Below the pieces are notes generated by a model. The model was not told the DNA's origin. It ran no database searches and saw only the letters and a program-made list of their open reading frames with translations. The position numbers and the translations under genes are program-made. Positions 1-21,498 of a stretch of 64,000 nt of DNA are shown piece by piece. Source of the DNA: Paraspadella gotoi (taxonomy: Eukaryota > Animalia > Chaetognatha); assembly GCA_051294375.1 (NCBI GenBank), contig CM119269.1, forward strand, positions 18,588,471 to 18,652,470, read 5' to 3'. Numbering within the stretch: the stretch's first letter is position 1; the number at the start of each line of letters is the position of its first letter.

Positions 1-9766
<9,766 letters not shown>

Positions 9767-10257
9767 GAGAGGATAAATAAAACCTTTTTTTCCTTTTTGT
9801 TATTGTCTTTTCAGCAATTGAATTATTGACGTTTGGTTTGCAGATGATGACGAAGGCGACGATGACGAGGGTCATAAGGAAGGCGATCGCGACCCAAACG
9901 AAGGGCTGTTCAGGATGCACCCTCGGGAAGATCTGGCCCCCAAAAAAAGGGGGCAAAACGAAAAACGAAGCAAAGAGCGTTTAGTGATTTCGGCGTATCT
10001 GACGACAGATAAGAAAACTATAAAAAACACGAAAAAAAAAAAACGTGAGGCAGTTTCGTCTGAGGATTCCCCGATATAATATAGCAAAAGATGATTCGCC
10101 AATCGATATCGGTTCCATCGAAGTAATCATTCATTTTTCATTTCGTTTTTCTTTGTTCTTTCTTCTGCGAAGTTTGTAACGCCCACCGTCATTCTTCCTG
10201 CCTCCTCTGGCCAGCCTTACCCTTAATCCTAAACTTACCCACCCCTTACCTTACGAA

Positions 10258-10566
10258 TTATCGTCTGATACGCCTTCTGGTTCTGGTTGACGTTGACGTC
10301 GTCTTCTCCCGGTTTCCACGCGGAATTCCGATCGCCGAATCGGAGGCGGAGATGGAATCGACCGACGCCGACGCGCACGAATAGACTTGAGGGGCGGCGC
10401 AGCCGGCGTCCATTCCGCGATGAAAGGGGCGATGGCGCCACCGGCGTCGCCTCGGGCGTGGCGAGAGACGACGAGTCCATCTTGCCGTGATGAGAGTCCT
10501 GGGCGTTTTGTTGCGATCCATCATTATATTCATCCATTATTATCATCATCATCATCATCATCATCG

Positions 10567-10597
<31 letters not shown>

Positions 10598-11011
10598 ATC
10601 ATCATCATCATCATCATCATTGTCAACAGCAACTACTAAAAACATCACCACTCACTTCGGCTCGACGACGTCTCGCTGTAGATGACGAAGGTGGTGGCCT
10701 CGGAGACGATCCGTCCACCGACGCTCACCCGACGCTCTCGCGAGGCTTTCGGGTTGGTCGCACCGCGTCGAAACCTGATTGATTGACTGACTGATTGATT
10801 TGATTGACTGATTAATTATTTGTTTTGTTCGATGTTAGTCTGACCTCTCTTAACGAAGTGTAGAGATGTTTGAATGACCTTGATAACGGGATAGCATTCC
10901 TCTGTCACTCCTACTCCGCCTCCAGCCTCCGGCTCCGTCACGTCCCTTCCTCGATCGGAAGCGTCGCCTCACCTCGCGCCTCCCACCATCCGTCGATGAG
11001 GCTCTCGTCAT
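10258..11011 (-). CDS. Orphan Arg-rich protein, about 151 aa, 4-exon model
   Basis: Exons 11011-10973, 10901-10845, 10774-10656 and 10498-10258 join in phase (0,0,2) with donors GTGAGG/GTCAGA/GTGAGT and CAG acceptors. Two introns carry (AATC)n and (GAT)n. Product MTRASSTDGGRRE-RNAIPLSRSFKHLYTSLRE-VSTRCDQ...RPRRRRWRHRPF...TRRRIRR*. No family recognised, other frames are possible, and the first intron lacks a pyrimidine tract. Confidence 0.35.
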
Positions 11012-11524
11012 CGTCGTCTTCGTCGTCGTCCCGTCTCTCTCTCTCTCTCTCTTTCACTTGTCGGATATTTGTTGTTTATCGTTAAAAGAAACAAAAAATA
11101 GGAGATAAAATATTTTCCAGATTTAATATTGTTTTTTTATACATTTTTCATTTATATAGATTCTATAGATACTAACCAAACGCCTGAATATTCGAGCAAA
11201 TTTTATCGATTGTAGATCGTGACATATTTGAATATATCCGTAAAGTTTCTATTTAAAAAAAGTGACGCAATAAAAATTTCCCAAGTTCCGCGATCAGAAC
11301 CAAAAAATCTCGTCGGACAAGAAAAGTCGAGGAAAACAAAAAACGTAACCCAATTTAAAAAAAAAAAAAATTAGGATTTTCAAAATCCACTAAAATCTGA
11401 AAGAAAATTATAAAAAAGTGAATTTGAACGATTTAGTTTTTAATACTAAAATAATACACGGCACATAATTGCTAAAAAAAAGCTACCACATATAAATCAA
11501 TCGAAAACTAAACGCTTTGGAAGA

Positions 11525-12055
11525 ATGAAGTTCCATTTTCCGTCTCCGGCGTTGATTTTCATTTGGTCGGCGTCGTTGTCGTCCGCGGCGAGATCGGGCG
11601 GCCGCAGCTGCTACTCCTGCAGCTGGTCGGGCGTGGACCATCCGTCCCGCGCATGCGCCGACGATGACGTCCGTGACGTCGCCACGCCCTTTGTCTCGAC
11701 GGTCGACTGCGGCGCGCAAAACTGCGAAACGAGAAGAGTGGAGAACGCCGACGGTTCCGTCCACAGCTTCCGCCGCGGCTGCAGCGTCGGGTCCGCCGGG
11801 GAGACGTCGTGCTTGAAGGACGCCCACTTCGAGACTTGCGTCGCCGTTTGCGATCGCGACGAGTGCAACTACGGCGACGCCAGATCGGGCGGTACCGCTG
11901 GACAGGGTGGAGGAGGATCCCCCGGGCATTACGGCTCTGGCGGAAATGGCGGCAACGGCGGCGCCGACTTTAAAATTTCGGCGTTGGAATTAGTTATCAC
12001 CCTTTTGATCGGTTTTTGTTTTTCCAATATTTGTCAATTGTCTATTGTAAAATAA
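11525..12055 (+). CDS. Ly6/uPAR three-finger (quiver/sleepless-like) secreted, probably GPI-anchored protein, single exon, 176 aa
   Basis: Signal peptide MKFHFPSPALIFIWSASLSSA; 10-Cys domain from CYSC to CDRDECN; Gly-rich spacer; C-terminal hydrophobic tail LELVITLLIGFCF; GC-rich ORF in AT-rich flanks. Confidence 0.85.
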   Translation: MKFHFPSPALIFIWSASLSSAARSGGRSCYSCSWSGVDHPSRACADDDVRDVATPFVSTVDCGAQNCETRRVENADGSVHSFRRGCSVGSAGETSCLKDAHFETCVAVCDRDECNYGDARSGGTAGQGGGGSPGHYGSGGNGGNGGADFKISALELVITLLIGFCFSNICQLSIVK

Positions 12056-12144
12056 TCGAAATTATAACATAGTTGTTCATTAAAAGTTAAAAACATTATA
12101 CAATTTCAACGTTAGTAAAGTCAAGTAAACTGGGAGCTAATTAA

Positions 12145-13424
12145 CTAGACTGGGAGAGAGCTTTTCCGTCTCCGCGTCCGCCAAATCCCAATCATTCACT
12201 TTCACTTTCGATAAAGTTTTTATAATTTTCCAACGAATTCGATACCCGATGCCGATTTGTCCGTTAATTCACTTATTTATCGATTTTTTTCATTTTTTCA
12301 GGCCAAAAATCCTTCATCGCTCTTTTCGGAATAAAGTGTACGATACATGAAAACTAGTATTTTGGATTTAAAGAAAAGTAGCCGAAAAAGAATAGTGAAT
12401 ACCCTTCTTTTCACTCATTTTGTTTATAAAATTACGCACAATTCTCAACTAATAATTACACAAAAATTTAAACAATGGTATAACAATGGACTCTTTGTCT
12501 TGAAATAAAAAAAAAATACCTAAATCTAAACATATTTTACTCACTCACAATTCTCTTCGATCCCCGATTCCTTTCTTTCTCATCCCACTCGACTCTTATC
12601 CCACTCAACCCAATTTTCCAGCTTTTTTCGACTCGCAGCGTTTAATCCTCTCTCGACCCACCCTTTCCCCCCGAGCCCCGATCATCAGCGCCACCGCCCA
12701 ATTTTCATTCACTACACCAACCGCCTTTCTCCACCTCACCCTACCATTCGCCACCTTGCACTAACCACCTTCCCATCATTGGATCCCTTTCCACGCCACC
12801 GGGCCCACCAACTCCCTCACCCCGCCCGCCCCATCGCTTTGAATCCCTCGTCGACTGTTGTTTTCGCCTAAAATCAGATTTTCGATCCGAAGTCGAATCC
12901 GAATCTTGTCGGCTTTGCCTCGATCTTGTCGGCTTCGCTTCGGTCTTGTCGGCTTTGACTTTAAATCTTATGATGATATTGGCTTCATTAAGCCGATCGT
13001 CCTTTTGTCCGGCTTGTCGGCCATTAGTTTAAAAAAGTCGGTTTTCAATCGGGCAAGTTAGCTTATTTTTTTTTTCTTATTTTTTTATCGGTCGGCTTCG
13101 GATCGGCCGAAGCGCGTTTGTTCGGCTATGGCAGCTGCATGGCAGCTCGATCGACTGCTGTTCGTCGACGGCTGCGGCTGCCTCGTGTTTTTCGACAAAG
13201 CATTGCAGGATAGCAAAGCGTTGTCGACGTTTTCGTCATCTTCGTCGTAGACATCGTCGTCGTCATCATCGTCGCATCGATCCCACATCGATCGCGCCCT
13301 CCAACGTCCGACTTTCGACTCGACCTTAATTTTTTTTTTTTTTTTTTTTTTTTTTCATTCGACCTCTAACCCGATTTTTTTCATTGTGACCAGAAACAGC
13401 GAAAGATACGTCTGGATTTTGCAG

Positions 13425-13513
<89 letters not shown>

Positions 13514-14832
13514 GTAAAACCAGGTCTCAAATATCCCGTGGATACAGGAACCAGAATCACTGCCATTATCTTGATCAGAATACGCTTCCGCCAAAAACGA
13601 TCGCTTTCTCTCCAATGCTTCAAGAAATTGTTCCTTTGTCGATTATTCAAACTCTTATTTCTTTAAATTTAAAAAAAAAGGACAAAAACGGAGAAAAAAA
13701 ATCCCGCACCGCTTAATCGCGTATGACATGACATCTCATATTTCAGGTTTTCGTTTTTTCATGTTTTCTGTATTTCACGAGTTCATTACAGACGCTATGC
13801 AATACATTCATTGACGTCTTCATCATTTAAATCTCATCCTTCATTTCAAGTAACGCACTCTTCGAAGTTCGGAAGGCAATGATTTCTTCAATCTGCAATC
13901 TGTATTTGTCTTTGTCGTTTTATTCCTCGTCTTCGTCGTCATCGCCAGCGGCCCCCGGATTTGGATGTAGTCAAGAAAAAATCCAGAATCGGAATCTGGT
14001 CAAAATCAAAAAAATCTTTTAAGAATCCTCCCATCGCATAGAGGCAGAAGGCGCTTCAACCCGAGAAGGCAATCGACCGCTGAGGTTCTCGGGCGCAGGC
14101 AGGTCGAAAGGTCGTTCTCCGTACGATCAATTTAAAAAAAATTATTAAAATCCTTAAAAAAAATAATAATAAATATAAAATAAAATAAGAATACTCTTGG
14201 TTTTTAACTAAAAAAATACCAAATAAAAAAGAAAAAACAAAAAAAGAAACGAAAAACCAAAACGGACATTGCACTCAAGACAAAACAGTGAGCTGACAGT
14301 GAAATGAAACAGCAAAAAAGTCAGTTCGATCGTCGATCCTTGAAAAATTGCATCCGCCATTTTGTCGAAAACTTCGGGTGTCAATCTGTCAAAACTTACC
14401 GGTGTCAATTCATAAAAATAGAGTGAGATGTTTCGAAAGTTGTATGGGTCGATCTACGTCTCAACTATGCAACAGTTATAATTTAAATATAACTTTTAAA
14501 AGATGCTTTGATAGCATCTTTTAAAAAGGTCACTCACTGTTTTTTTTTTTTTTTTCTATATCGTGACGTTTGAGATTTGATAAATGGTTTATTGTTATAG
14601 TAATTGGTCAATCTATCGACAAAAAATATATCAACCGATCCGTATGACGATCGTATCTTATATATGTCGATATATCCGTTAAATTTCCGCCTGTCCGTAT
14701 CCTGGGCATTTGCCGATGAGCTTTTACATTATTAGCGCCGGTCTTTGGCATGATTTCAGCATTTGTCTGATTCGACTGATTTCGTCGAAAACTCGGACCG
14801 AATGTTTACTTAAACGGTTGGTATCGGTTGGC
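12145..14832 (-). other. Exon-like blocks with no continuous open frame (lncRNA, pseudogene or recoded gene)
   Basis: GC-balanced blocks 14832-14636, 14464-14268, 14116-13710, 13660-12549 and 12353-12145 separated by short AT-rich spacers with GT..AG ends (best pair: GTGAGT at 12548, TAG at 12354). All frames contain stops and several splice sites are weak. Confidence 0.3.
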
Positions 14833-15187
14833 CTCAGCAAGATAACGTAAAAAATAAATGAAATAGAATGAAAAAAAAAAGGAGGAAATTTTTTTTTTAT
14901 TTCAAATCTCATCTCCAATCAAAACATTCAAAAAAAAGTTTTTTTCGATTTTTAATCACCCATGATGAAAAAATTTATTTTATTAGTTGTTTCCTCTTTC
15001 GTGAAATCAATCGCAAAAAAAAAAACAAAACAAAAAACAAAAAAACAAACAGGATCATAAGGATTCATAAGCGTTAAAAAAAAAACAATAGAAAAAAAAT
15101 GAAGGAAAAGCAAAGCGTCATTAAGTGAGCGAGGAGGCCGCGGAAAAAAATAGGACGAAAACAAAAAAAGACAAAAACGAATGGAAA

Positions 15188-18100
15188 ATGGATTTCTTCG
15201 GTTTTCTCTTTTACCTTTGGGTGGGACTCGTCGGAGTCGTCTTCGTCGTCGCTCATCTCTTGAGGCATCATCAGGTCAGGGCATTGGGTTACGGCATCCA
15301 GTTTCAGCATAAAAACTTTGTAAACTTACGGACGAAACAACGAGGTAGAAAAACGGATCAATCAGTCAAAAGAAACAACGAACTAAATTGAAAACGAGAA
15401 ACATCCTAAACAACCTACCTAAGCAGAAAATTATACCAACTTGGATAAGTCAATTCAATACTAGACTTAGTAATTAATTTTTATATAACTTATTATTTTT
15501 TAGAACGAATTGGAACGCGTTCGAGAAGAAGCCAGACTCAACGAAATCTCGAGGAGAAGAAAGGAGGAAGAAAATCAGGAGAAGAGAAAGAAGAGATGGG
15601 AAGAGGAATGGAAGGAGAGGCAAGGAAAATCGAACAGGTAATGGAAGGGAAGGCAGGAAGGAAGGTAGGAAGAATTAAAAGGGAAGGATGGGAATAAGGG
15701 AGGAAGGGAGGAAAAGTGGAAAGAGAAGCGAGGAAAGCAGAACGGGTAAAAGAAGGAAGGGAATGAGAGAGAAACTGCAGAAGTAGAGGCAAGCTAAACA
15801 GGCTTAACAAGGTAAATAAAGGAAGGGAGGAGTGAAGGGAAAGAAAGCAAAAGAAGTCAGGAAGAAAATGAGGAAGAAAAACAAGAGAAGAGATTTAGGA
15901 GAAGAGGAAAAAGCAAACAAAAGGGGGAATCGAGGGAAGAAAGGAATAAAAAGAGTGAGAGATGGAGACAGTTAGAAATACGGAAGGGAGGGAGGAATGA
16001 AGAATGATGAGAAAGTCAGAGAAACTCGAGTTTGCTAAGAAGATTCGAACCAACTTATTTCATTTCTACCTTCCTTCAGGCACACCAACGCAAACTCCGT
16101 GGCCTCCGGCTCCACCGCCTCCTCCGCTCCCGCCTCCGCCCCTTCCACCGCCTCCTCCGCCAATTTCGACGAGCTCTTCCAAGACGCCCCGCCGCGCTTC
16201 GGCCTCGACCCCTGCGCATGGATCAACTCGGCCCTCCAGTGGTTCGTCGGTCAAGACGCCGATATGCGGCGATCCTTCTTCGAGTCGCTCGTTCGCGCCG
16301 TCAATGCTCGATGCGAAGCAGAGGGGTTGGACGCGCGAGTGGAGGAAATCGTTGGCGCGGCGATGCCACGCATCCTGGCGATGACGCCGATGGGGATGAC
16401 CGACGATGGAGCCTGCGACGATGAGGACGACGACGAGGTCGTGGGGAAGTTTCTTTGCGACGTTGAAGGGATCGATATTATAATAAAGACAATAAAAACG
16501 GAAAATGGCGCCATAAACTCTGAACTGGCCAATGACATCACTCAAGACGTCGCCACGCTGGACGCCATCGACACCGACATCCGTATCCTCCATCTAGCGG
16601 CGAAGGCCAAAAGTGTGGCCTCGTTTATCGAGGGACATTTGATCGCCAAGATCGAAGTCGTGGACGTGAAGAGTCTGGAGGTGAAAGCGGGGCCGACGTC
16701 GGAGAAGCTCGTTCGCGGGATTCTTCAATCGTTGAAGGTTTGAAAACTAAAAAAAAAAAAAAAAACAGTCAAGCAGTCGGTCAAATCAAATAAATTTAAA
16801 CAATTAAAATTCCTAATTATCCAGGTTGTGTTTCCGTTGAGTTTCCGACGAGACGCTGGACTCGAGTCGGCAAAAGCCTCGGCGCTTTTTAAATCCTTCA
16901 CGTCGCTGATTCCAACGACGGGATATTCGGCTCCGGCGGAAGAAGACCCGGAAAAGGCGGTTGCAATTGAAGAAGCGCCGAAAGAATCGACATCGACTAA
17001 AGAAGAAAAGCCGTCGTTGGAAGAGGGAATGTCTGTAAAAGTGAAGCCGATTGAAAACGAAGCGTCGCGAGAGAAAAGAGACGAAGAGGAGATGGCGCTG
17101 GAGGATGCGCCGCCTGAGCAGATAGTACAGTTCGACGACGACGCCGGAGACAAACTCGAGGACGCCGCGATTGAGATCGACGTGACGTCTCCGTTGACCC
17201 CTACGACGACGACGACGACGACGACGATGGATTTCGAAGAGAGAATGATCGAGCCTTCTTTGAATCCGGATGAAATAACGCCGTTCGATCCTCTTCCGGA
17301 TCAAGCCAACTACTCCGCAGCTGCTGCTGCCGCTGCTCCCGCCGCTATCAACGAGACTGCGGCCGCACCCTTCGACTTCGTTAAGACCTTAGCTTCGGAT
17401 CCTTCCGTCTGCGCAAACTCCGACGCCGACGCGGGATTCCGAACTCTGGACGACATCTTCCGACTCTCGCCTTCGCCGCGGCCTGAGATTGTGGACGCAG
17501 TTCCCGCTGTTCCTGCTGCCGCGAACGCTGACGCGCTCAACGCCGCTGCCGCTGCCGCGACCGAATCTTCCTCCCAAAAATCCGCTTCACGACGCCTCTC
17601 CGCGGAACCCTCCACCTCCTCCTCCTCTCCTCCTCCAAAACCTCCCCGTCAACTCCCTCGTCGACTTCTCCTTCGCGTCCTAGACGCCGGCGGCCTTGTC
17701 TCCCGCGAAGTGACCACGCCCTCCAAACCCTTCGTAGTCGTCGATGTGGACGACCCCGTGCAGACCTTCAGCACCAAGTCGGCCAAAGCGTCGGGCAGCC
17801 CGACTTGGAACGAGCAGTTTCTCTGCACGATCGGGAGGAAGTCGATTCGGGTCGAGGTTAAGGTGCGAGGTGGATTGATAATTAATTAATTTATTGATTA
17901 ATATTATTATGAGTTGTCAATTTAATGAGATTTTTGTTCCTTTGAAAAACAACTCGTGTTGATCACAAACATAATAGAATTAATTGATATTTTTTACATT
18001 GGCTGTACCGGGTCAAAGCTTATGTGGTTACTTTATTAATTATTCTTATATCTTAATATTAAATTACCATTTGATGAAGGTTTAATTCGTATACAATATA

Positions 18101-18578
18101 ACAATTAAGTAAAAAAAGATACAGTTCTTTTTAATACTAGTACAATTGAAAAAAATAAATAAAGGAGGGAGATAAAGAAAGAGAGAGAGTATTGTATAAA
18201 ATCCGGTGATCCTATGTATACAGAAATCTTGTCACCTATTGTATTGTATTGTATTGTATTGTAGAGTAAAATTTTTCACTAACATCCAAGGTCATGGACA
18301 AAAGCAAAACGGGTCCGCCCGAGTTCATCGGCAGCGCCGTCTTGGATTTGGCGGCTCTGAGCAAAAACTCGACGAGTCGGCGAATCGTTCCGGTGACGCG
18401 CGGGTTGGAAGGCGTCGTCGGAACCGTCACGCTGGAGTTCGTTTTCATGAGCGACGAATCGCCGTCACGGGTTAGATCGGTGGAACTACTTTGGTTTCTG
18501 TAATTGCTAATTGCGAGGAAAGATTGGAATCGTTTTGATTAATTTTTGTTAATGATATACGTATTAAAGCTTTTTACC

Positions 18579-18657
<79 letters not shown>

Positions 18658-20576
18658 CTCTCTTTGGTCTCAGCTCTCCTCATCCTCCCACTCTCCCTCT
18701 CCCCGTGATCATTCGGCGTCGGCCGGATCCCCTCCCGACTCCTCCAACGAATCTCGGCGATCACGCCTCCTCTTCCGGGAAAACCCCGCTCGCTTTTCGG
18801 GCGGAAAACCGATCCCCAGCTCCGGCCGATCGCTTCCTCTCGCCGGACAATCGCTTCCTCTCCCCAAAAAGCTGCTCTCCCTCAGCCGGAAACCGCTCCT
18901 CCTCGACCGGAAACCGCTTTCCTTCTTCCTTCGAAGACCGCTTCTCCCCTGCAGGAAATCGCTTCTCCCCTGCCGGGGATTCCGGCGCGTCCCCGACCGA
19001 TGAATCGCGTGAATCCTTTTCTCGGTCTCGCGAGTTTTTCTCGTCCGGCGCTTCGCTCGATTCGGAAGAGGCGGACGACCGACCACGACGTCGGCGCCGT
19101 CTCGGCAGCACCGGGAGTGCCGGAAGCGGCGAGAGCGGATGTTCGCGGTCTTGCCCCAGATCTAGGTGTGAAATAGTTTCTCTTTTTTTAAATAAATCTA
19201 AGTAGTAATACTAAAATTCATTATGTGCAACGTAGGTCCAGATCTCCACAGGGACGCCCTTTGCACCGCTTCGGAGGGGGCAACGCCGGCGGCGCCATCA
19301 TCGACGAGCGACGGCGTCGCAGTTATCTCGCGGATGACGCAGACCTTGATGAAGAAAGCCAGGAAGGCGCCGATCGTGACGACGCCGCTTTTGACGACAC
19401 CGAGATTTTGGCCGACGACGAGATGGAACCGCAAACGACGACGACGACGGCGTCGGCGCTGGAGACGCCGATTTCGCCATCGACGACGCCGACGGCGACG
19501 ACAAAAAAGTCCGACCCGGATCTCTTCCAGATGGACGGATCCTCGAGCGTCTCCACTCCGGACAGTCGACGCAAGTTTCCCTACGCGAAACCGGAGTCCG
19601 ACTCTGGATCCGTCGATGTCTTCATCAAGGAAGAGGAGGCGTTGGCGCCGGCCGGGATGGCGGCGCCTCCTGCGAAGGTGGCGCCGACGCTCGACCCGGC
19701 GCCGCTTCGAATCCCGACGCGAATCGTGACGAACCCGAATCATTCCAGACTCTCGCCTCGCATCGGCGTTGAGACGTCCAAGACGAGGTCGCCGTCGTCG
19801 ACGACCCCGGCGTCATCGCCAGTCACGCCCCCTTCCTCGGCGCCAGTCGCCAGCGTCCTTCCCATCGTCAGAGACAACGAACGCGCGCGCTTCGCCGCCG
19901 CCACGAGCGTCGTTCGTCGCTCATTCAGCAACGCTCCGCCCAGCGAGGAGAGGAGCAGCGGGGGCGGAAGCTCTGAGGCGGTCAACCCGGCTGCTGTCGC
20001 CGCTACAGCAGCAGCGGCCGCCGCCGCCTCCGGCCCTCGACGCCGCTCTTCCGCCACTCTAAGCTCTATCTCGGGACAAAAGAGCAAAATCCCATCAACG
20101 CGCATCACGGTGACGACGCTAACGCCGACGGCAACGCCTCGATCGACGTTTGAGGACGAGTCTCCGCTTCGAAGCGACCGCTTCCAAGGGGAGCCACCAC
20201 TCCGAAGCGACCGCTTCCGTGATATTTCTCCTCTGCTTCACCGCGCCGCCGTCGACAAGACCGCCGCTTCGACAACGCCGATCTTGTCTGGCGCATCAGG
20301 AGCAGCCGCTACTGCGTCGGAGGTGGATCCCGCCGCCGCAATAGCCAATCGGTCGATCGCCAACTCCATCAAAGATCGTTTCAAAGCGAAAAAAAGATCT
20401 CGAAGTCACGACCCGAGGAAGAACGGACGCTCCAACTCTCTCGTCGGAGACGCGGCCGAGGATTTACGTGCGGAGGGTATTGGAGTTTCTTTACTGAAAT
20501 TTGCCACATAATGAATGGTTTTAGTCACTAAGTCACTTTTTTTTTACTGAATGGTTTTAAGTCAATAAGTCACTTT

Positions 20577-20640
<64 letters not shown>

Positions 20641-21139
20641 TCATTCATTCATTCATTCATTCATTCATTCATTCAGCGAAATCATTAACAAATCGCAAAT
20701 TCTTCCCCCAGCCTTCCTCCGCCTCGACCCCAACGACACAATGGACACGCCCCAAGACGCCGACTTCCTCGACGATCCCGACCTCATCCCCGTTGGAGAG
20801 GATCGACGACGAAAATCCACAGCGACTCCATTAAAAAGAAGCCGCTCCATCTCTCGCTCCCTGAAGCAGCTCCTCTCCATCGGCAAATCGGCGTTGACGA
20901 CTTCGACAACTAAGGACGCCGCCGCCGCCGCCGCCGCCGCGAGTGGCGCCACCGCGGGGAATGAAAAGGATGAACGGCGCCGAAGCTACGCGGGAGACGA
21001 CGCCGCCGTCGACCTCGATACCCTCATGCAGGCCGACAAGACTCTTACATCGTCGGGTAGGCAGAGTCGACGCGGATCGTTCAAGACCGACAAATCGAAA
21101 AAGAAGCGGGCAGGTGCGGGGGCCAACGGAGATTCTTGA
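15188..21139 (+). CDS. C2CD2: C2CD2/C2CD2L (TMEM24)-like ER-anchored lipid-transfer protein: N-terminal TM, SMP-like domain, C2 domain, long disordered basic tail
   Basis: Exons 15188-15274 (MDFFGFLFYLWVGLVGVVFVVAHLL, TM), 15504-15637, 16080-16737 (PCAWINSALQWF...FFESLVRAVNARC, SMP-like), 16825-17862 and 18291-18470 (C2: LLLRVLDAGGL..PFVVVDVDDPVQTFSTK..SPTWNEQF..VMDK..FIGSAVLDL), ~18570/18674-19165, 19236-20476, 20712-21139 (TGA). Phases are consistent except at the exon 6 acceptor. Confidence 0.75.
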
Positions 21140-21498
21140 CGTTGAGCTGTCTCCAAGAATTTTAGTTAACTTAAAAAATTAATCACTACGGTTGAAATGC
21201 CCACCGATTTTACAGAATTAAAAATATCTATCTAAAAATATCTATTTATTCATATTCAAGGAACCATTTCTTGTTGACCATATCTGATTAACCGATTGTA
21301 TTAACTCATTATACGTATTAGAGAACATTTCAGTAACTACAACGTGCGTCGATGTATTTTACCATGATTTTAATCAATAAAATCCTATAGCCATAAATTT
21401 TCTTAGCACTTGTCAACCCAAGAGGAGTTTTTAGTCCAATATACCTCCCCCATCCGTTTCAATTGTAACCCATCCCCAAATAATAGAATACAAAATTA

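Noticed and set aside
12900-13025. CRISPR-like short repeats (CTTGTCGGCTT, period about 20 nt)
   Set aside because: Only 3-4 short units, no unique spacers of CRISPR length, no cas genes, eukaryotic context.
15215-15310. Minus-strand first exon MLKLDAVTQCPDLMMPQEMSDDEDDSDESHPK with a GT donor
   Set aside because: It is the antisense shadow of the C2CD2-like TM exon (GTC/TTC codons read as GAC/GAA). The plus-strand model splices in phase into the SMP domain.
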